Of a DNA stretch of 64,000 nt, positions 42,842 through 52,449 are shown piece after piece. The DNA is from an uncultured Gemmatimonadales bacterium (GTDB taxonomy: Bacteria > Gemmatimonadota > Gemmatimonadetes > Gemmatimonadales > GWC2-71-9). The notes under the pieces are model-generated. The model was not told the origin of the DNA. It saw only the letters and a list, made by a program, of their open reading frames with translations, and ran no database searches. The position numbers and the translations under genes were made by a program. Where the stretch lies: the NCBI GenBank assembly GCA_963695555.1, contig CAVOGR010000002.1, positions 352,001 through 416,000 on the forward strand, given 5' to 3'. Numbering within the stretch: position 1 is the first letter of the stretch; each line of letters begins with the position of its first letter.

Positions 42842-44566
42842 CTATTTCCTGGGCTTTGCCTTGCCGCTCTTCTTCGACGCGCGTTCGGTGGGGGGTGGGG
42901 CGCCGCCGGGCTTGGCCCGGAGGCGCTCTTGTGCCAGATACCACTGCTGCGGAATGCTCACCATGTTGCTCACGGTGTAGTACAGGTTCAGCCCAGAGGG
43001 GAACCGGACAAAGAGCACCGTCATCATGACCGGCATGATGTACAGCATCATCTTCATCTGCGGATTGGGCGGCACCCCAATTTGGCCAACCTTGCTCATC
43101 GCCCACATGGACAGACCCATGAGCACCGGAATGATGTAGAGCGGGTCTGCCCGGGAGAGGTCCGGGAGCCACAAGAAGGCCACGCCCCGAAGCTCGATGG
43201 TGTTCAAGAACACGAAGAACAAGGCGAACAGCACCGGCATGGGCAGCAGCACTGGCCAGCAACCGCCGAGGGGGTTCACGTTGTGCTCCTTATACAGCTT
43301 GAACACTTCCTGCTGGAGCCGCTGCGGCTCTCCCTTGTACTTCTCTTGAATCTCCTTCATGAGCGGTTGGATAGCCTGCATCCGCAGGCTGGCTCGCATG
43401 CCCTTCTGGTTGAGCGGCCAGAGGACGACGCGGACCAACACGCCGAACACGACCAGCACGAGGCCGTACGTCATGTGCAGGTTTTGGTGCATCCACACCA
43501 AGAGCCATCGGACGCCAACCGCGACGGGGCGAATCAGCGTTCGAATGCCCGGCCAACCGTACGGGTTCACGTCGTCAAAATCATGGCCCACCGCTGCGAG
43601 GCGGGAATACTCCATCGGGCCGAGATAGACGCGATACCGGAAGAGTCCGTCGGATGTGATGGGAACGCTGGCCCACATGTCTGCCGTCTTCGGGTGTTTC
43701 CCTGCATCGGCTGGTGCGGTGGCCGTGACTCCGCTGATTGGCGCCGCGCCGCTATCGAACGCGAACATTGCGGAGACGAAGTATTTCGACTTGATGGCGG
43801 TCCACTCGAAGGGCCCGCTCTCCGTTTTGGTCTCGCCGGGCGTCAGGCTCGACAGCTTGGTCTGCGACGTCTTGATGCTCTTGGTGACCAACCCCATGTC
43901 CCGGTAGTTGCCGGTTGAGTCGGCCTCGGTATTCCGCAACCCGGGCCCAAACCCCACGAGCAACAGCGCCCCGTTCGGACCGATCCCATCGAAACGGCCC
44001 GACACTTCGATCTGGTAGTCATCCGGCCGGAACACATACTGGAGATCGAGAGCAATGCCCTGGCCCGCGGTCGCCAGCGACAGCTCGGTTGCCTGAGCCA
44101 CGTCCAACGCGGTGCCCGCCGAGGGCGTATCGAACATCCAACGGTCGAGATACAGGGTATCCCGCTCTCGGATCAGCCGGAGACCAAGCAGGTCGCTGTC
44201 GGTGCGGAGCAGCTCGAGCGGGCCCGAGTCGTCACCCGGTGCCATGCTACGATACCGGTTGAGGCGCGCCCCGATGAGGCGGGCCCCGCGTGTGCTGATG
44301 TCGTAGGTAGAGAGCGGCGTCCGCGCCGTTACGGTGTCCGAACCCTCGGCGTCCGTAGTGTCCTGGGCCACTGGCGCGGGCATGGCGGGGGCGACCGCCT
44401 CTGCTTGGGCGGATTCGGCGGGCGCCGGCGCAGGCGCCGCAGGCACCGGCGTGGTCGCGACGGAGTCGACCGCCACCGGCGGCGGCGGCGGACGCTGGAA
44501 GATCAGCGATGGAACGACGATGATTGCTATGAAGAGCAACATCGCCAAGAGGAAACGACGATCCAT
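42842..44566 (-). CDS. yidC: Membrane protein insertase YidC
   Basis: N-terminal TM, periplasmic domain, NPLGGCWP, DLSRADP, PSGLNLYY; position in the rpmH-rnpA-yidD operon. Confidence 0.97.
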   Translation of the reverse strand: MDRRFLLAMLLFIAIIVVPSLIFQRPPPPPVAVDSVATTPVPAAPAPAPAESAQAEAVAPAMPAPVAQDTTDAEGSDTVTARTPLSTYDISTRGARLIGARLNRYRSMAPGDDSGPLELLRTDSDLLGLRLIRERDTLYLDRWMFDTPSAGTALDVAQATELSLATAGQGIALDLQYVFRPDDYQIEVSGRFDGIGPNGALLLVGFGPGLRNTEADSTGNYRDMGLVTKSIKTSQTKLSSLTPGETKTESGPFEWTAIKSKYFVSAMFAFDSGAAPISGVTATAPADAGKHPKTADMWASVPITSDGLFRYRVYLGPMEYSRLAAVGHDFDDVNPYGWPGIRTLIRPVAVGVRWLLVWMHQNLHMTYGLVLVVFGVLVRVVLWPLNQKGMRASLRMQAIQPLMKEIQEKYKGEPQRLQQEVFKLYKEHNVNPLGGCWPVLLPMPVLFALFFVFLNTIELRGVAFLWLPDLSRADPLYIIPVLMGLSMWAMSKVGQIGVPPNPQMKMMLYIMPVMMTVLFVRFPSGLNLYYTVSNMVSIPQQWYLAQERLRAKPGGAPPPTERASKKSGKAKPRK

Positions 44567-44584
44567 GAAAGCTACTCGAGGCCG

Positions 44585-44815
44585 CTACGGCACGGGGTCG
44601 TACCCACCAGGATGCCAAGGATGGCATCGCACCAGGCGCTTCACACCCAGCCACGCTCCGGTCGTGAGACCGTGACGCGAGATCGCATCGCTGGTGTACT
44701 GGCTGCAGGAGGGCGTGAACCGGCAGGAAGGTGGCAGGAGTGGGGAGATCGTGAGCTGATAGGCTCGGATCAGGGCCAGGGCAAGGTACCGGGGAATCCC
44801 GAGCAAGAGTCGCAT
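44585..44815 (-). CDS. yidD: Membrane protein insertion efficiency factor YidD
   Basis: [32 protein letters not shown]. Confidence 0.96.
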   Translation of the reverse strand: MRLLLGIPRYLALALIRAYQLTISPLLPPSCRFTPSCSQYTSDAISRHGLTTGAWLGVKRLVRCHPWHPGGYDPVP

Positions 44816-44821
44816 CTCGAC

Positions 44822-45175
44822 CTATGACTCCGCCGTCAACCCATCACGCCACCCCAGCAGCTCGTCCCGGAGGACGCCGGGCGAGGCACGGTAGGCGGCT
44901 GGCTTGGCGCGAATGACGAGGTCCTGGCTCCCCTGCTCCGCTTGGACGTCGGTGCGCCACAGCTCGCGGAGGCGGCGGCGCAGTCGATTGCGGGCCACCG
45001 CGGTCGAGCGGTATTTGGGGACCACGAGCCCCAGTCGGGGGCAATTCAGGGTGTTTGGCTGCCAGATCATCTCGAGATGCTCCGTGCGATAGCGGCGCCC
45101 TTCCCTCATCGTGCGCCGGATGTCGTTACCCCGACTCAGCCGGCGGGATCGCGGGAATTGCCGCTCGGTCGTCAG
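44822..45175 (-). CDS. rnpA: Ribonuclease P protein component (start possibly CTG at 45175; first ATG at 45109)
   Basis: [27 protein letters not shown]; the conserved FPRSRRL N-terminus lies upstream of the first ATG. Confidence 0.92.
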   Translation of the reverse strand: MTTERQFPRSRRLSRGNDIRRTMREGRRYRTEHLEMIWQPNTLNCPRLGLVVPKYRSTAVARNRLRRRLRELWRTDVQAEQGSQDLVIRAKPAAYRASPGVLRDELLGWRDGLTAES

Positions 45176-45333
45176 GAGCCTCCGTGTTTCGACGGGATCG
45201 AGACGGTGAGCCGTTTGCGGCCCTTCTTCCGACGGCGGGACAACACGGCCCGGCCCCAGCGCGTGGCCATCCGGGCGCGGAATCCGTGTCGGTTGACCCG
45301 GCGGCGGTTACGAGGCCGATAGGATGGTTTCAT
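45172..45333 (-). CDS. rpmH: 50S ribosomal protein L34 (53 aa; below ORF-track cutoff)
   Basis: Translated by hand: [61 protein letters not shown]. Confidence 0.97.
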   Translation of the reverse strand: MKPSYRPRNRRRVNRHGFRARMATRWGRAVLSRRRKKGRKRLTVSIPSKHGGS

Positions 45334-45361
45334 GAATCTGATGCCTCCAAATGAGGCGGAA

Positions 45362-45422
45362 AAGCTAGTCCTGCAAGGGGGTAGGGGTCAAGGTTGACTT
45401 TTCCACATCCGGCCCGTAGAAT
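45362..45422. promoter_or_regulatory. Back-to-back rpmH and dnaA promoters with a DnaA box in the dnaA spacer
   Basis: Plus: TTGACT(45394)-N17-TAGAAT(45417). Minus: TTGACC(45391)-N18-TAGCTT. TTTTCCACA (45399-45407) fits TTWTNCACA. Confidence 0.78.
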
Positions 45423-45460
45423 CGGCAGCCCTTGATCAACTCCTCGCCCAGCAAATCTGA

Positions 45461-46858
45461 ATGTCGCTGCAACTGACTGCGAAAGAGGCATGGAAGCAAA
45501 TCCTCGAGTCCGCCCATCGAGAGCTTCCGGATCATGCCGTCCGCACCTGGCTCGATCCCACCGAGGCGATTGCCTTGGACGAGGAACGGCTCATCATCGG
45601 CGCGCCGGATCAATTCGCCGTCGAGTGGAACGAAACCAAGCATGCGCAGATTCTCTCGAAGCTGGCTGAGCCGGTCCTGGGCCGGACAATGGCCGTGGTC
45701 TTCCGGGTCCAGGAAGATCGCCAAAAGCGACCGCAGATGGACTTCTTCGTAGCCCCCCTCTCCGAAGCGGGCACACCCGCGGTCGGGCCGGACGATGCAC
45801 CCATCCAGCCACTCAACGAACGATACTCGTTCGACACCTTCGTCATCGGAAAATCCAACGAGCTGGCCGCCGCTGCGGCCCACGCGGTGGCTGAAGCGCC
45901 GGGAAAGACCTACAACCCGCTCTTCATTTACGGGTCGACGGGGCTTGGAAAGACCCATTTGATGCAGGCTATCGCCCACTCGGTATCGAAGCGCGATCCC
46001 GCAAGCCGCATCCTCTATGTCGGGGCGGAGCAGTTCATCAACGAAGTGATCGAGAGCATCCACGGCCGGACGATGCCGGAGTTCCGGCGACGCTACCGCA
46101 ACGAGGTGGACCTTTTCCTCGTGGACGACGTGCACTTCCTGGAGGGCAAGGAGATGACCCAGGAAGAGTTCTTTCACACCTTCAACGCACTATATGAGGG
46201 AAACAAGCAGATCGTCCTCACCTCGGATCGCCCGCCGAAGGAACTCCCTGGCCTCGAGGCCCGACTGGTCAGCCGCTTCGAATGGGGCATGGTGGCCGAC
46301 ATCGGCCAACCCGACCTCGAGCACCGGATTGCCATCCTGCGCAAGAAACAGGAACAAGACCACCTCGAGCTGACCATTCCCGACGATGTGCTCCGCTTTA
46401 TTGCCGAGCATGTCCGATCCAACGTGCGCGAACTCGAGGGGTGCATCATCAAGCTCCTCCTCTTCGCCTCGCTCAAACACCGTGAAATCACCACCGACCT
46501 CGCCCGCGAGGCCCTGGCGGACAAGATCCGAGAAGGGGAAGAGGGTGCCCCACCGCCCACCAAGTCCATGCCCACGATCGGCCGGGTCCAGGAGGTCGTG
46601 GCCAGACGGTGGGGAGTCACGCCGGAGGGGCTCCGTTCGAAAGCGCGAATCAAGACACTGACGGTTCCGCGGCAAGTCGCCATGTACTTGGCGCGCGAGC
46701 TCCTCCAGATGCAACTGGTCGAGATTGGGCACGCCTTTGGTGGGCGGGATCATTCCACCGTCATCCACAGTGTGGACAAAGTCCACAAGCTGATGTCCCG
46801 GGATCGCCAGTACAAAGAGCGGGTCGAGCAGGCGCGCCAAGAGTTGTTAGCTCAATAA
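45461..46858 (+). CDS. dnaA: Chromosomal replication initiator DnaA
   Basis: YNPLFIYGSTGLGKTHL, DDVHFL, QEEFFHTFN, SRFEWG, NVRELEG, RQVAMYL, GGRDHSTVIH. Confidence 0.99.
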   Translation: MSLQLTAKEAWKQILESAHRELPDHAVRTWLDPTEAIALDEERLIIGAPDQFAVEWNETKHAQILSKLAEPVLGRTMAVVFRVQEDRQKRPQMDFFVAPLSEAGTPAVGPDDAPIQPLNERYSFDTFVIGKSNELAAAAAHAVAEAPGKTYNPLFIYGSTGLGKTHLMQAIAHSVSKRDPASRILYVGAEQFINEVIESIHGRTMPEFRRRYRNEVDLFLVDDVHFLEGKEMTQEEFFHTFNALYEGNKQIVLTSDRPPKELPGLEARLVSRFEWGMVADIGQPDLEHRIAILRKKQEQDHLELTIPDDVLRFIAEHVRSNVRELEGCIIKLLLFASLKHREITTDLAREALADKIREGEEGAPPPTKSMPTIGRVQEVVARRWGVTPEGLRSKARIKTLTVPRQVAMYLARELLQMQLVEIGHAFGGRDHSTVIHSVDKVHKLMSRDRQYKERVEQARQELLAQ

Positions 46859-47080
46859 TCGTTTGGGAGGATGTTTGAGGTGTTGGTAATCTGGAGAGTC
46901 TGGGCGCCACGGAGTTCTTTTGCCCATCGCCAACAGGCTGTCGACAGCCCTTGGGTGGGATAGAAGCAGATGGCGGTGACGGTTGCCCATTACGTCCACA
47001 TTTCCAGACCCTCTACTAGTACTACTAGGTATTTCTTATACTAGAAGTTGGTTCTTTTCTTAGCCTGTTCGAGGAGTGGC
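46859..47080. other. Probable oriC (dnaA-dnaN intergenic region)
   Basis: Degenerate tandem boxes ACGTCCACA/ATTTCCAGA (46992-47008), CCCT, trios CTA-CTA-GTA-CTA-CTA (47013-47027), AT-rich tract to about 47062; further boxes in the dnaA 3' end (46761-46787). Confidence 0.78.
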
Positions 47081-48193
47081 ATGAAGCTCACGATCACGCG
47101 TGAACAGCTCCAGGAAGGTTTGGTTGCTGTAGCCGCCAGTGTGCCTGCGAAGACGACGCTGCCCGTGTTGTCCAATGTCTTGCTCGAAGCTGGGTCGAAC
47201 GGATTGCATCTTTCCGGAACCGACCTGGACATCGCGGTGTCGACTAGTGTCGCGGCGTCGGTCGAAGACGAGGGAGCCATCACCCTTCCTGCCCGGAAAC
47301 TGGTCGAGATCGTTCGAGAGCTTCCGAGTGCGTCCATCCGGCTGGCGACCGCCGGTGAGCAGCGAGTCACGATCGAGTGCGGCCGCTCGAGGTTCAAGCT
47401 CCTCGGCCTGCCCCGGGAGGAGTTCCCAGCCTTTCCCGCGGTCGATTTCTCACGTGGCTGGAGAGCCTCCGCGAAGGATCTGCATAAGCTGATCACCCAC
47501 GTCGCTTTTGCAGCGAGCACCGAAGAAAGTCGGCCCATCCTTAACGGAGTCCTGTGGGAACTCCGTGCCGAGCGCATGCGGATGGTGGCGACCAACGGCC
47601 ACCGACTTGCCCGGATGGATATTCCGGTGGCCGGTGGGGGTGGCGAGGAGGCGGATCTCATCGTCCCGCCCAAGGCCCTCGAGCAAATCCGCCGGCTCTT
47701 CAAGCCCGACGACGAGGTCGAGATTGCCAAAACCGAGAACCACCTCGGGTTCCGGTCGAGTAGCACCCAGGTCTTTACGCGCCTCATCGAGGGACCGTAC
47801 CCCAACTACGAACAGGTCATCCCGCGCGAAAACGACAAGATCGCGACGGTCGACAAGGCCGCTCTGACCGCCGCGCTCCGACGCATGAGCATCGTGGCGA
47901 GCGACCAGACGCATCGAGTCCGCCTCGCCTTTGCAAACGGCAGCTGCAAGCTGTCGGTCCAAACCCCCGACCTGGGCGAGGCTCAAGAGGAAATCACCAT
48001 CACCTACGATGGCAGCCCCCTCGAAATCGGGTTCAACGCGTCCTATTTCCTGGAGATTTTGAAGTACATCCCCACCGACGAGGTCCGGATGACCTACAAG
48101 GCTCCCGAGAGGGCTGCGACCTGCGAGCCGGTGGGGTGGGATGACCCGGCCTCCTTTCTTGCGCTGGTGATGCCGCTGCGGCTCGTGGACTGA
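47081..48193 (+). CDS. dnaN: DNA polymerase III beta sliding clamp
   Basis: LPVLSNVL, GTDLD, RPILNGV, VATNGHRLA, RLIEGPYPNY, IGFNA.Y, LVMPLR; GAGGAG RBS. Confidence 0.98.
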   Translation: MKLTITREQLQEGLVAVAASVPAKTTLPVLSNVLLEAGSNGLHLSGTDLDIAVSTSVAASVEDEGAITLPARKLVEIVRELPSASIRLATAGEQRVTIECGRSRFKLLGLPREEFPAFPAVDFSRGWRASAKDLHKLITHVAFAASTEESRPILNGVLWELRAERMRMVATNGHRLARMDIPVAGGGGEEADLIVPPKALEQIRRLFKPDDEVEIAKTENHLGFRSSSTQVFTRLIEGPYPNYEQVIPRENDKIATVDKAALTAALRRMSIVASDQTHRVRLAFANGSCKLSVQTPDLGEAQEEITITYDGSPLEIGFNASYFLEILKYIPTDEVRMTYKAPERAATCEPVGWDDPASFLALVMPLRLVD

Positions 48194-48325
48194 TGGTGTA
48201 GGGAGCCGGGCCCAGCCCAAAGAAGAGCGTGCCGGTCAACCCCATCTTGCGACCGGGAACCTCCTCTACGCTGATAGTGGTAGGTGCTACTAATGGCCGG
48301 AAGGCCTTAGGCTAGACGGATCGCC

Positions 48326-49222
48326 TCAGTCCGTCTCTGGCTCGGGGAGCCGGAGGATGCGGTAGTGACTGAGTTGCCGCACGGCCACTTTCTGGCCCAC
48401 GGCTGGGACCGAGAACAACAAGTCGAAGGTCTCCTTGCCCTCGCTCCTGAGGAAGCGGCCCCACAGGTCGACGTAGGTAGTAGTCGAGTCTAGCCCCCTG
48501 CCCGTCTCTTCGATAACCTCGCCCGTCCGGGTACTGCTTCCTTGCCGCTCGAGATGGGACTCGGTCTCGATGCGGAGGGTCGGCGGCTCGTCCGTACTGA
48601 GCGCGGATGCTCGGGAGTGGCTCTCAACCCGGTCCGATTGGGTGACCGAAAGCCCAGCGACGCTGATCTGTGCGGAATCGGTCCATTCCATGTCCGGCCG
48701 CACCCCGCCGAGGGGCTGGGCCGGGAAGAAGCGCCGGGCCAATTCGGCGCTCAACCGCTCGCCGAAGGCTGAGGGAGGACCTACCACAAGGCCCCCCAAC
48801 CCGCCGGTCGGTCCCATCTCTCCCGACCATTGGACCTGACGGAGGCTGTCTAACGCCGGCTGGTAGGTAGTGCCGGGCTCCTGTCTGATGGAATCAAGGC
48901 GGAGCTCCACCCGATAGGTGCTGTCTAGGGGCTCGAGGGCGACGGTGAGAAAGACGGTTCGGCCGTGGACCTCCGTTTGGGACCCGGTCGGCAGCCGGTA
49001 CTCGATGCTGTCGAGGCGATGGTAGCTGTATGAGCCCCCAGACGCTGGGTGGTAGCGGAAGTCGCGCTCGGCGGTGTCGGCCTGCTCCAGCTGGACTCCG
49101 GGGCGCGCAGGGACCGGTCGACGGACGATGTCTCTCGATCCTGTCGTGCAGGCAGCCGAGAGGAGCGCCAATGCCGCGACCGGCATGAGGCGTGAGGAGG
49201 GATACATGGAGGGGATGGCCAC
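48326..49222 (-). CDS. Hypothetical lipoprotein (beta-rich)
   Basis: Hydrophobic leader ending LLSAAC; no family recognised; start uncertain. Confidence 0.65.
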   Translation of the reverse strand: MAIPSMYPSSRLMPVAALALLSAACTTGSRDIVRRPVPARPGVQLEQADTAERDFRYHPASGGSYSYHRLDSIEYRLPTGSQTEVHGRTVFLTVALEPLDSTYRVELRLDSIRQEPGTTYQPALDSLRQVQWSGEMGPTGGLGGLVVGPPSAFGERLSAELARRFFPAQPLGGVRPDMEWTDSAQISVAGLSVTQSDRVESHSRASALSTDEPPTLRIETESHLERQGSSTRTGEVIEETGRGLDSTTTYVDLWGRFLRSEGKETFDLLFSVPAVGQKVAVRQLSHYRILRLPEPETD

Positions 49223-49227
49223 GATCT

Positions 49228-49467
49228 TCAGTCCTTTCGATCACCGAGCGGCGGCGCGCGGCGGGTCTTCCCAAAAATGGCCACGAGTTCCGTGTCGTCG
49301 CTATGGACCCGCAGGAGCTGCCATCCCTTACGGGCCATATCGGCACGCCAGGTAGGTAACTTCTCCCACTCACCAGGCTTGGCCCGGAGCACGCGGAGTT
49401 CCGCCTGGGTTTCCCAGTCCTTGGGGTATGGCGGCTGGTTCTTGCCGGAGTGATGCGGTTCGGCCAT
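49228..49467 (-). CDS. Small hypothetical protein (79 aa)
   Basis: GAGAGGA RBS before ATG; natural-looking composition with a GWQLLRV motif; abuts the lipoprotein gene. Confidence 0.65.
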   Translation of the reverse strand: MAEPHHSGKNQPPYPKDWETQAELRVLRAKPGEWEKLPTWRADMARKGWQLLRVHSDDTELVAIFGKTRRAPPLGDRKD

Positions 49468-49561
49468 CGTCCTCTCGGGCGTTCACAACGTTGTTGCGGG
49501 GAAGAAACCTAGGGGCGGGGTCACTAGCCTGACAAGCCGGTCCGACGGGTGCGTTCAATAT

Positions 49562-49596
49562 GCGTTCGCCCCGGAATGGTGCTCCGGGGCGAACGC
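49562..49596 (-). terminator. 14-bp perfect hairpin at the rnpB 3' end
   Basis: GCGTTCGCCCCGGA-N7-TCCGGGGCGAACGC; no classical U-tract. Confidence 0.6.
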
Positions 49597-49977
49597 GAGA
49601 GGTCGTGCCGTAAGCCGAGTTCTGTTCGTCCGCAAGCGGACGGATGGTCATCTATCTGGGATGGCCGTCACCGGCCACCTCGAGCGACCTACCCGCGGCT
49701 ACCCAGGAGACCTGGACGGTGTGGGTCACACCTTGCCGCTTACTTGGTCTTGCTCCGGCTGGGGGTTACCGTGCCACCGCTGTTACCAGCGGCGCGGTGG
49801 GCTCTTACCCCACCTTTTCACCCTTACCCCCTGAGGGGCGGTATCTTTTCTGTGGCCCTTACCGTCGCCTCTCGGCGCCCAGGCGTTACCTGGCAGCCTA
49901 CCCGATGGAGCTCGGACTTTCCTCGGCGCCCGCCTCGTGAGAGGACCAACGCCGCGACCATCACGCACGACCCTCGC
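49595..49977 (-). ncRNA. rnpB: RNase P RNA (bacterial type A)
   Basis: Minus strand GAGGAAAGTCCGAGCTCCA ... GGGTGAAAAGGTGGGGTAAGAGCCCACC ... AACAGAACTCGGCTTAC; P1 ends GCGAGGGTCGTGC / GCACGACCTCTCGC pair. Confidence 0.97.
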
Positions 49978-50042
49978 TGGTATGTGGAATCTAGCCCCCC
50001 GCCCGGTTCCGAGCCATGCGGTCTGGACACGCGCCGTGAGGC

Positions 50043-51776
50043 CTACGGCTGGGGATCCGGCTCCGTCTCGGTGGTGCCGAAGATGCGCTCGTATTCGAGT
50101 GGGTGTTCCTCTCGCAGCCGCTCGAGGCTGATCTTCCCGGTAAAGATGGACTTGTCGAGCGGGAAGACCTCCGGCCGAAGAATCACACCATACGAATGCC
50201 ACAAGACCACGACCAACACGGCGAAGGTGGCCTCCAGGCCATGCATCACCCGCGCGATGGCGAGCACGATGCCGGGCAAGAGCTGAGACGCACCATCGGG
50301 GAAAAGCAGCACGAACCCGGTGACGGTCATGAGCGTGCCGCCGAGGAAGAGCCCCCAATACTCGAACTTCTCGCGAAAATCGAACTTCCCGACCTTTGGG
50401 AGGGGCGCGTTTCGGAGATAATGTCGGAGGGTCTGCACCGCGTCCACGAAGTCCTTCTTCTCGGGGAACATGGCCGGCACATGCCCCTTGCGAAACGCCC
50501 CCACCACGGACCGCCCTACATGCAGCACCAGCAGTGTGACGAACAACACGCCGGCCGCGCGGTGAATCAGCCGGGTGGTTCCGATGCCTCCCCAGAGTTG
50601 GATGAACCAGTTTCCGAAGGACGACCCCGGGTAACTCTGCGGTAGCCCCGTGAGCACGAGGAGGGTGAAGGTCACCATCGACAACAGGTGCTCCAGCCGT
50701 TCGACGAGGCTGAACCTGGTCACCATGACCTTTGACGAGGCCTGGTGCATTTCGCGGCGAAGGAGCTTTACGAAGCCATGGCGGATATCGAAGATGACGT
50801 GCAGCAAGAGCCCGGTCAGAACCAGCGGAATGAACACGTAGTACATGACGCGCACGGCCCAGACCGCGACGTTATGTCGCGGTCCTACGGGCTCGTGGCC
50901 AAGCCACGCGCCTACGATGCGCTCATCGGCGCCCTTGTGGCAGTCGAGACAAATGGGCGCGAGCTGTCCGCGGTCCAGCCAGCCGACCTTGTGGGCGCCG
51001 TGGCAGTCGGAGCAGACCAGCACGTCGGGCTGGTTCTTGCCGGACGGATGCCGCCATTGGAACTGGAGCGTGGTGCCGTGAAAGTCGCGCGCATAGGTCT
51101 CGGCGGCGAGCCTCGGGAGGTCGTAGCGGCGGATCAGCAAGTCGCTCGTGTGACAGTCGACACACAGCGCCGTGACCGCGAGCCGGGCCTCGCCCGTGCC
51201 CTCAGCGGACGCGGGGTGCGGCGGATGGCAGGTCATACAGGTCGGCAGGTCGCTGTTCGGCGAGTCGAGGGCGATGGATGCCGCGTGCCCTCCTGCCTCG
51301 AAATCGGCAAGCTCCTGGGCGTGGCAGGATCCACACCGCCCGGCAAGCAGCCCGGGTGCCTGAGCCGGCGGCGGGTCGGTGTGGGCCGAATGACAATCCG
51401 TGCAGAGGGGCGCCCCCTCCGCGACGTCGCGATGGGAGAGGTGAACGTCCTCATGGCAGTCCGCGCAGATGGCTGAGCGCTTCCGGGCGGCGATGGCCGA
51501 GTCCTGCGGAAAATCCCGGTGCCGGTCCTCGTGGTGACAAGAGAGACACGGAATTGTCGGGCCGTGTCCCGAAAGGCGGAGTTGATCCACCTCATGGCAG
51601 TCGGCGCAGTACCGGTCCTCGGCCCGGGTATCCTGTCCGACGGCGTCGGGCGTGATGCACACCGCAAGAGCGAACAGGGCAAGGGCGACCACTCGCGTCG
51701 CCCCTGCCCATCCGGCCTTCACGCTGATCGGATGCTCTGGGTGGGCGAGGTTGCGCTCAACGCGTTGGGCCATCAC
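50043..51776 (-). CDS. Nonaheme cytochrome c fused to FdnI-type cytochrome b (CbcL-like inner-membrane quinol oxidoreductase)
   Basis: Nine CxxCH (CADCH, CLSCH, CADCH, CTDCH, CGSCH, CMTCH, CVDCH, CSDCH, CLDCH), then TM helices with RF...ERLEH, IHR, MHG.EA, WH heme-b ligand candidates. Confidence 0.88.
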   Translation of the reverse strand: MMAQRVERNLAHPEHPISVKAGWAGATRVVALALFALAVCITPDAVGQDTRAEDRYCADCHEVDQLRLSGHGPTIPCLSCHHEDRHRDFPQDSAIAARKRSAICADCHEDVHLSHRDVAEGAPLCTDCHSAHTDPPPAQAPGLLAGRCGSCHAQELADFEAGGHAASIALDSPNSDLPTCMTCHPPHPASAEGTGEARLAVTALCVDCHTSDLLIRRYDLPRLAAETYARDFHGTTLQFQWRHPSGKNQPDVLVCSDCHGAHKVGWLDRGQLAPICLDCHKGADERIVGAWLGHEPVGPRHNVAVWAVRVMYYVFIPLVLTGLLLHVIFDIRHGFVKLLRREMHQASSKVMVTRFSLVERLEHLLSMVTFTLLVLTGLPQSYPGSSFGNWFIQLWGGIGTTRLIHRAAGVLFVTLLVLHVGRSVVGAFRKGHVPAMFPEKKDFVDAVQTLRHYLRNAPLPKVGKFDFREKFEYWGLFLGGTLMTVTGFVLLFPDGASQLLPGIVLAIARVMHGLEATFAVLVVVLWHSYGVILRPEVFPLDKSIFTGKISLERLREEHPLEYERIFGTTETEPDPQP

Positions 51777-51797
51777 CCACCCCTATCGGCTCCCCCG

Positions 51798-52415
51798 TCA
51801 CGGTCTCGCCGGCCAGAGAACGCCCTTGACCTGCCGGGTCACCACCCACGCCAACGCCCCGAGCCCGAGAACCGGCAGGAACACGACGAATGCGAGGCCC
51901 AGGATCGGTGCCGCGACCAGAAGCCCGATGGTCTGGGCCGGGGTCCGTTCCTGTGAGGCTGCGTCGGTCCGCGCCGTGGGCCGGACGGCCGGAAGCGTCC
52001 GCGTGCGACGCTTGACGTCCAGGACCGGGAGGACCGGATGGAGTCGGCCGGGGTCCAGCGCGACGTCGATCGCATGCGCCAACACGTCGGGCGAAACGGG
52101 CTTCTCGAGGTAGTCGCTTGCCCCGAGCTCCCGGGCCCGCCGCTCCACCTGCGCGTCGCCATAGCCCGTGAACAGGATGAAACGAGTCGTGGGCTGGCGA
52201 TCGTGCAGCCACTTCAAGAGTTCCAGCCCGTCGGTCCCCGGCATCCGAAGGTCGGAGACCACGACGTCGACTGGCTGACGAGAGAGTTCCGCGATGGCGC
52301 TAGCCCCGTCGGGAGCGGTCGTCACCGTGAGACCGCGGTCCTGAAGGAATCGCTGCCAACTCACGCGGACGCCTTCCTCATCATCAACGAACATTACTCG
52401 ATTCTTGCGCGTCAT
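51798..52415 (-). CDS. Response-regulator receiver with C-terminal transmembrane hairpin
   Basis: FVDDE, VSDLRMP, FTGYG, YLEKP all intact; hydrophobic tail LLVAAPILGLAFVVFLPVLGLGALAW; no DNA-binding domain. Confidence 0.85.
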   Translation of the reverse strand: MTRKNRVMFVDDEEGVRVSWQRFLQDRGLTVTTAPDGASAIAELSRQPVDVVVSDLRMPGTDGLELLKWLHDRQPTTRFILFTGYGDAQVERRARELGASDYLEKPVSPDVLAHAIDVALDPGRLHPVLPVLDVKRRTRTLPAVRPTARTDAASQERTPAQTIGLLVAAPILGLAFVVFLPVLGLGALAWVVTRQVKGVLWPARP

Positions 52416-52449
52416 GGTTTACCACCTTCCGTTAGGCGGCGGCTCCGGG

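Noticed and set aside
49549..50358. ORFs overlapping rnpB on both strands
   Set aside because: Shadow frames of the structured RNA and of the cytochrome 3' end.
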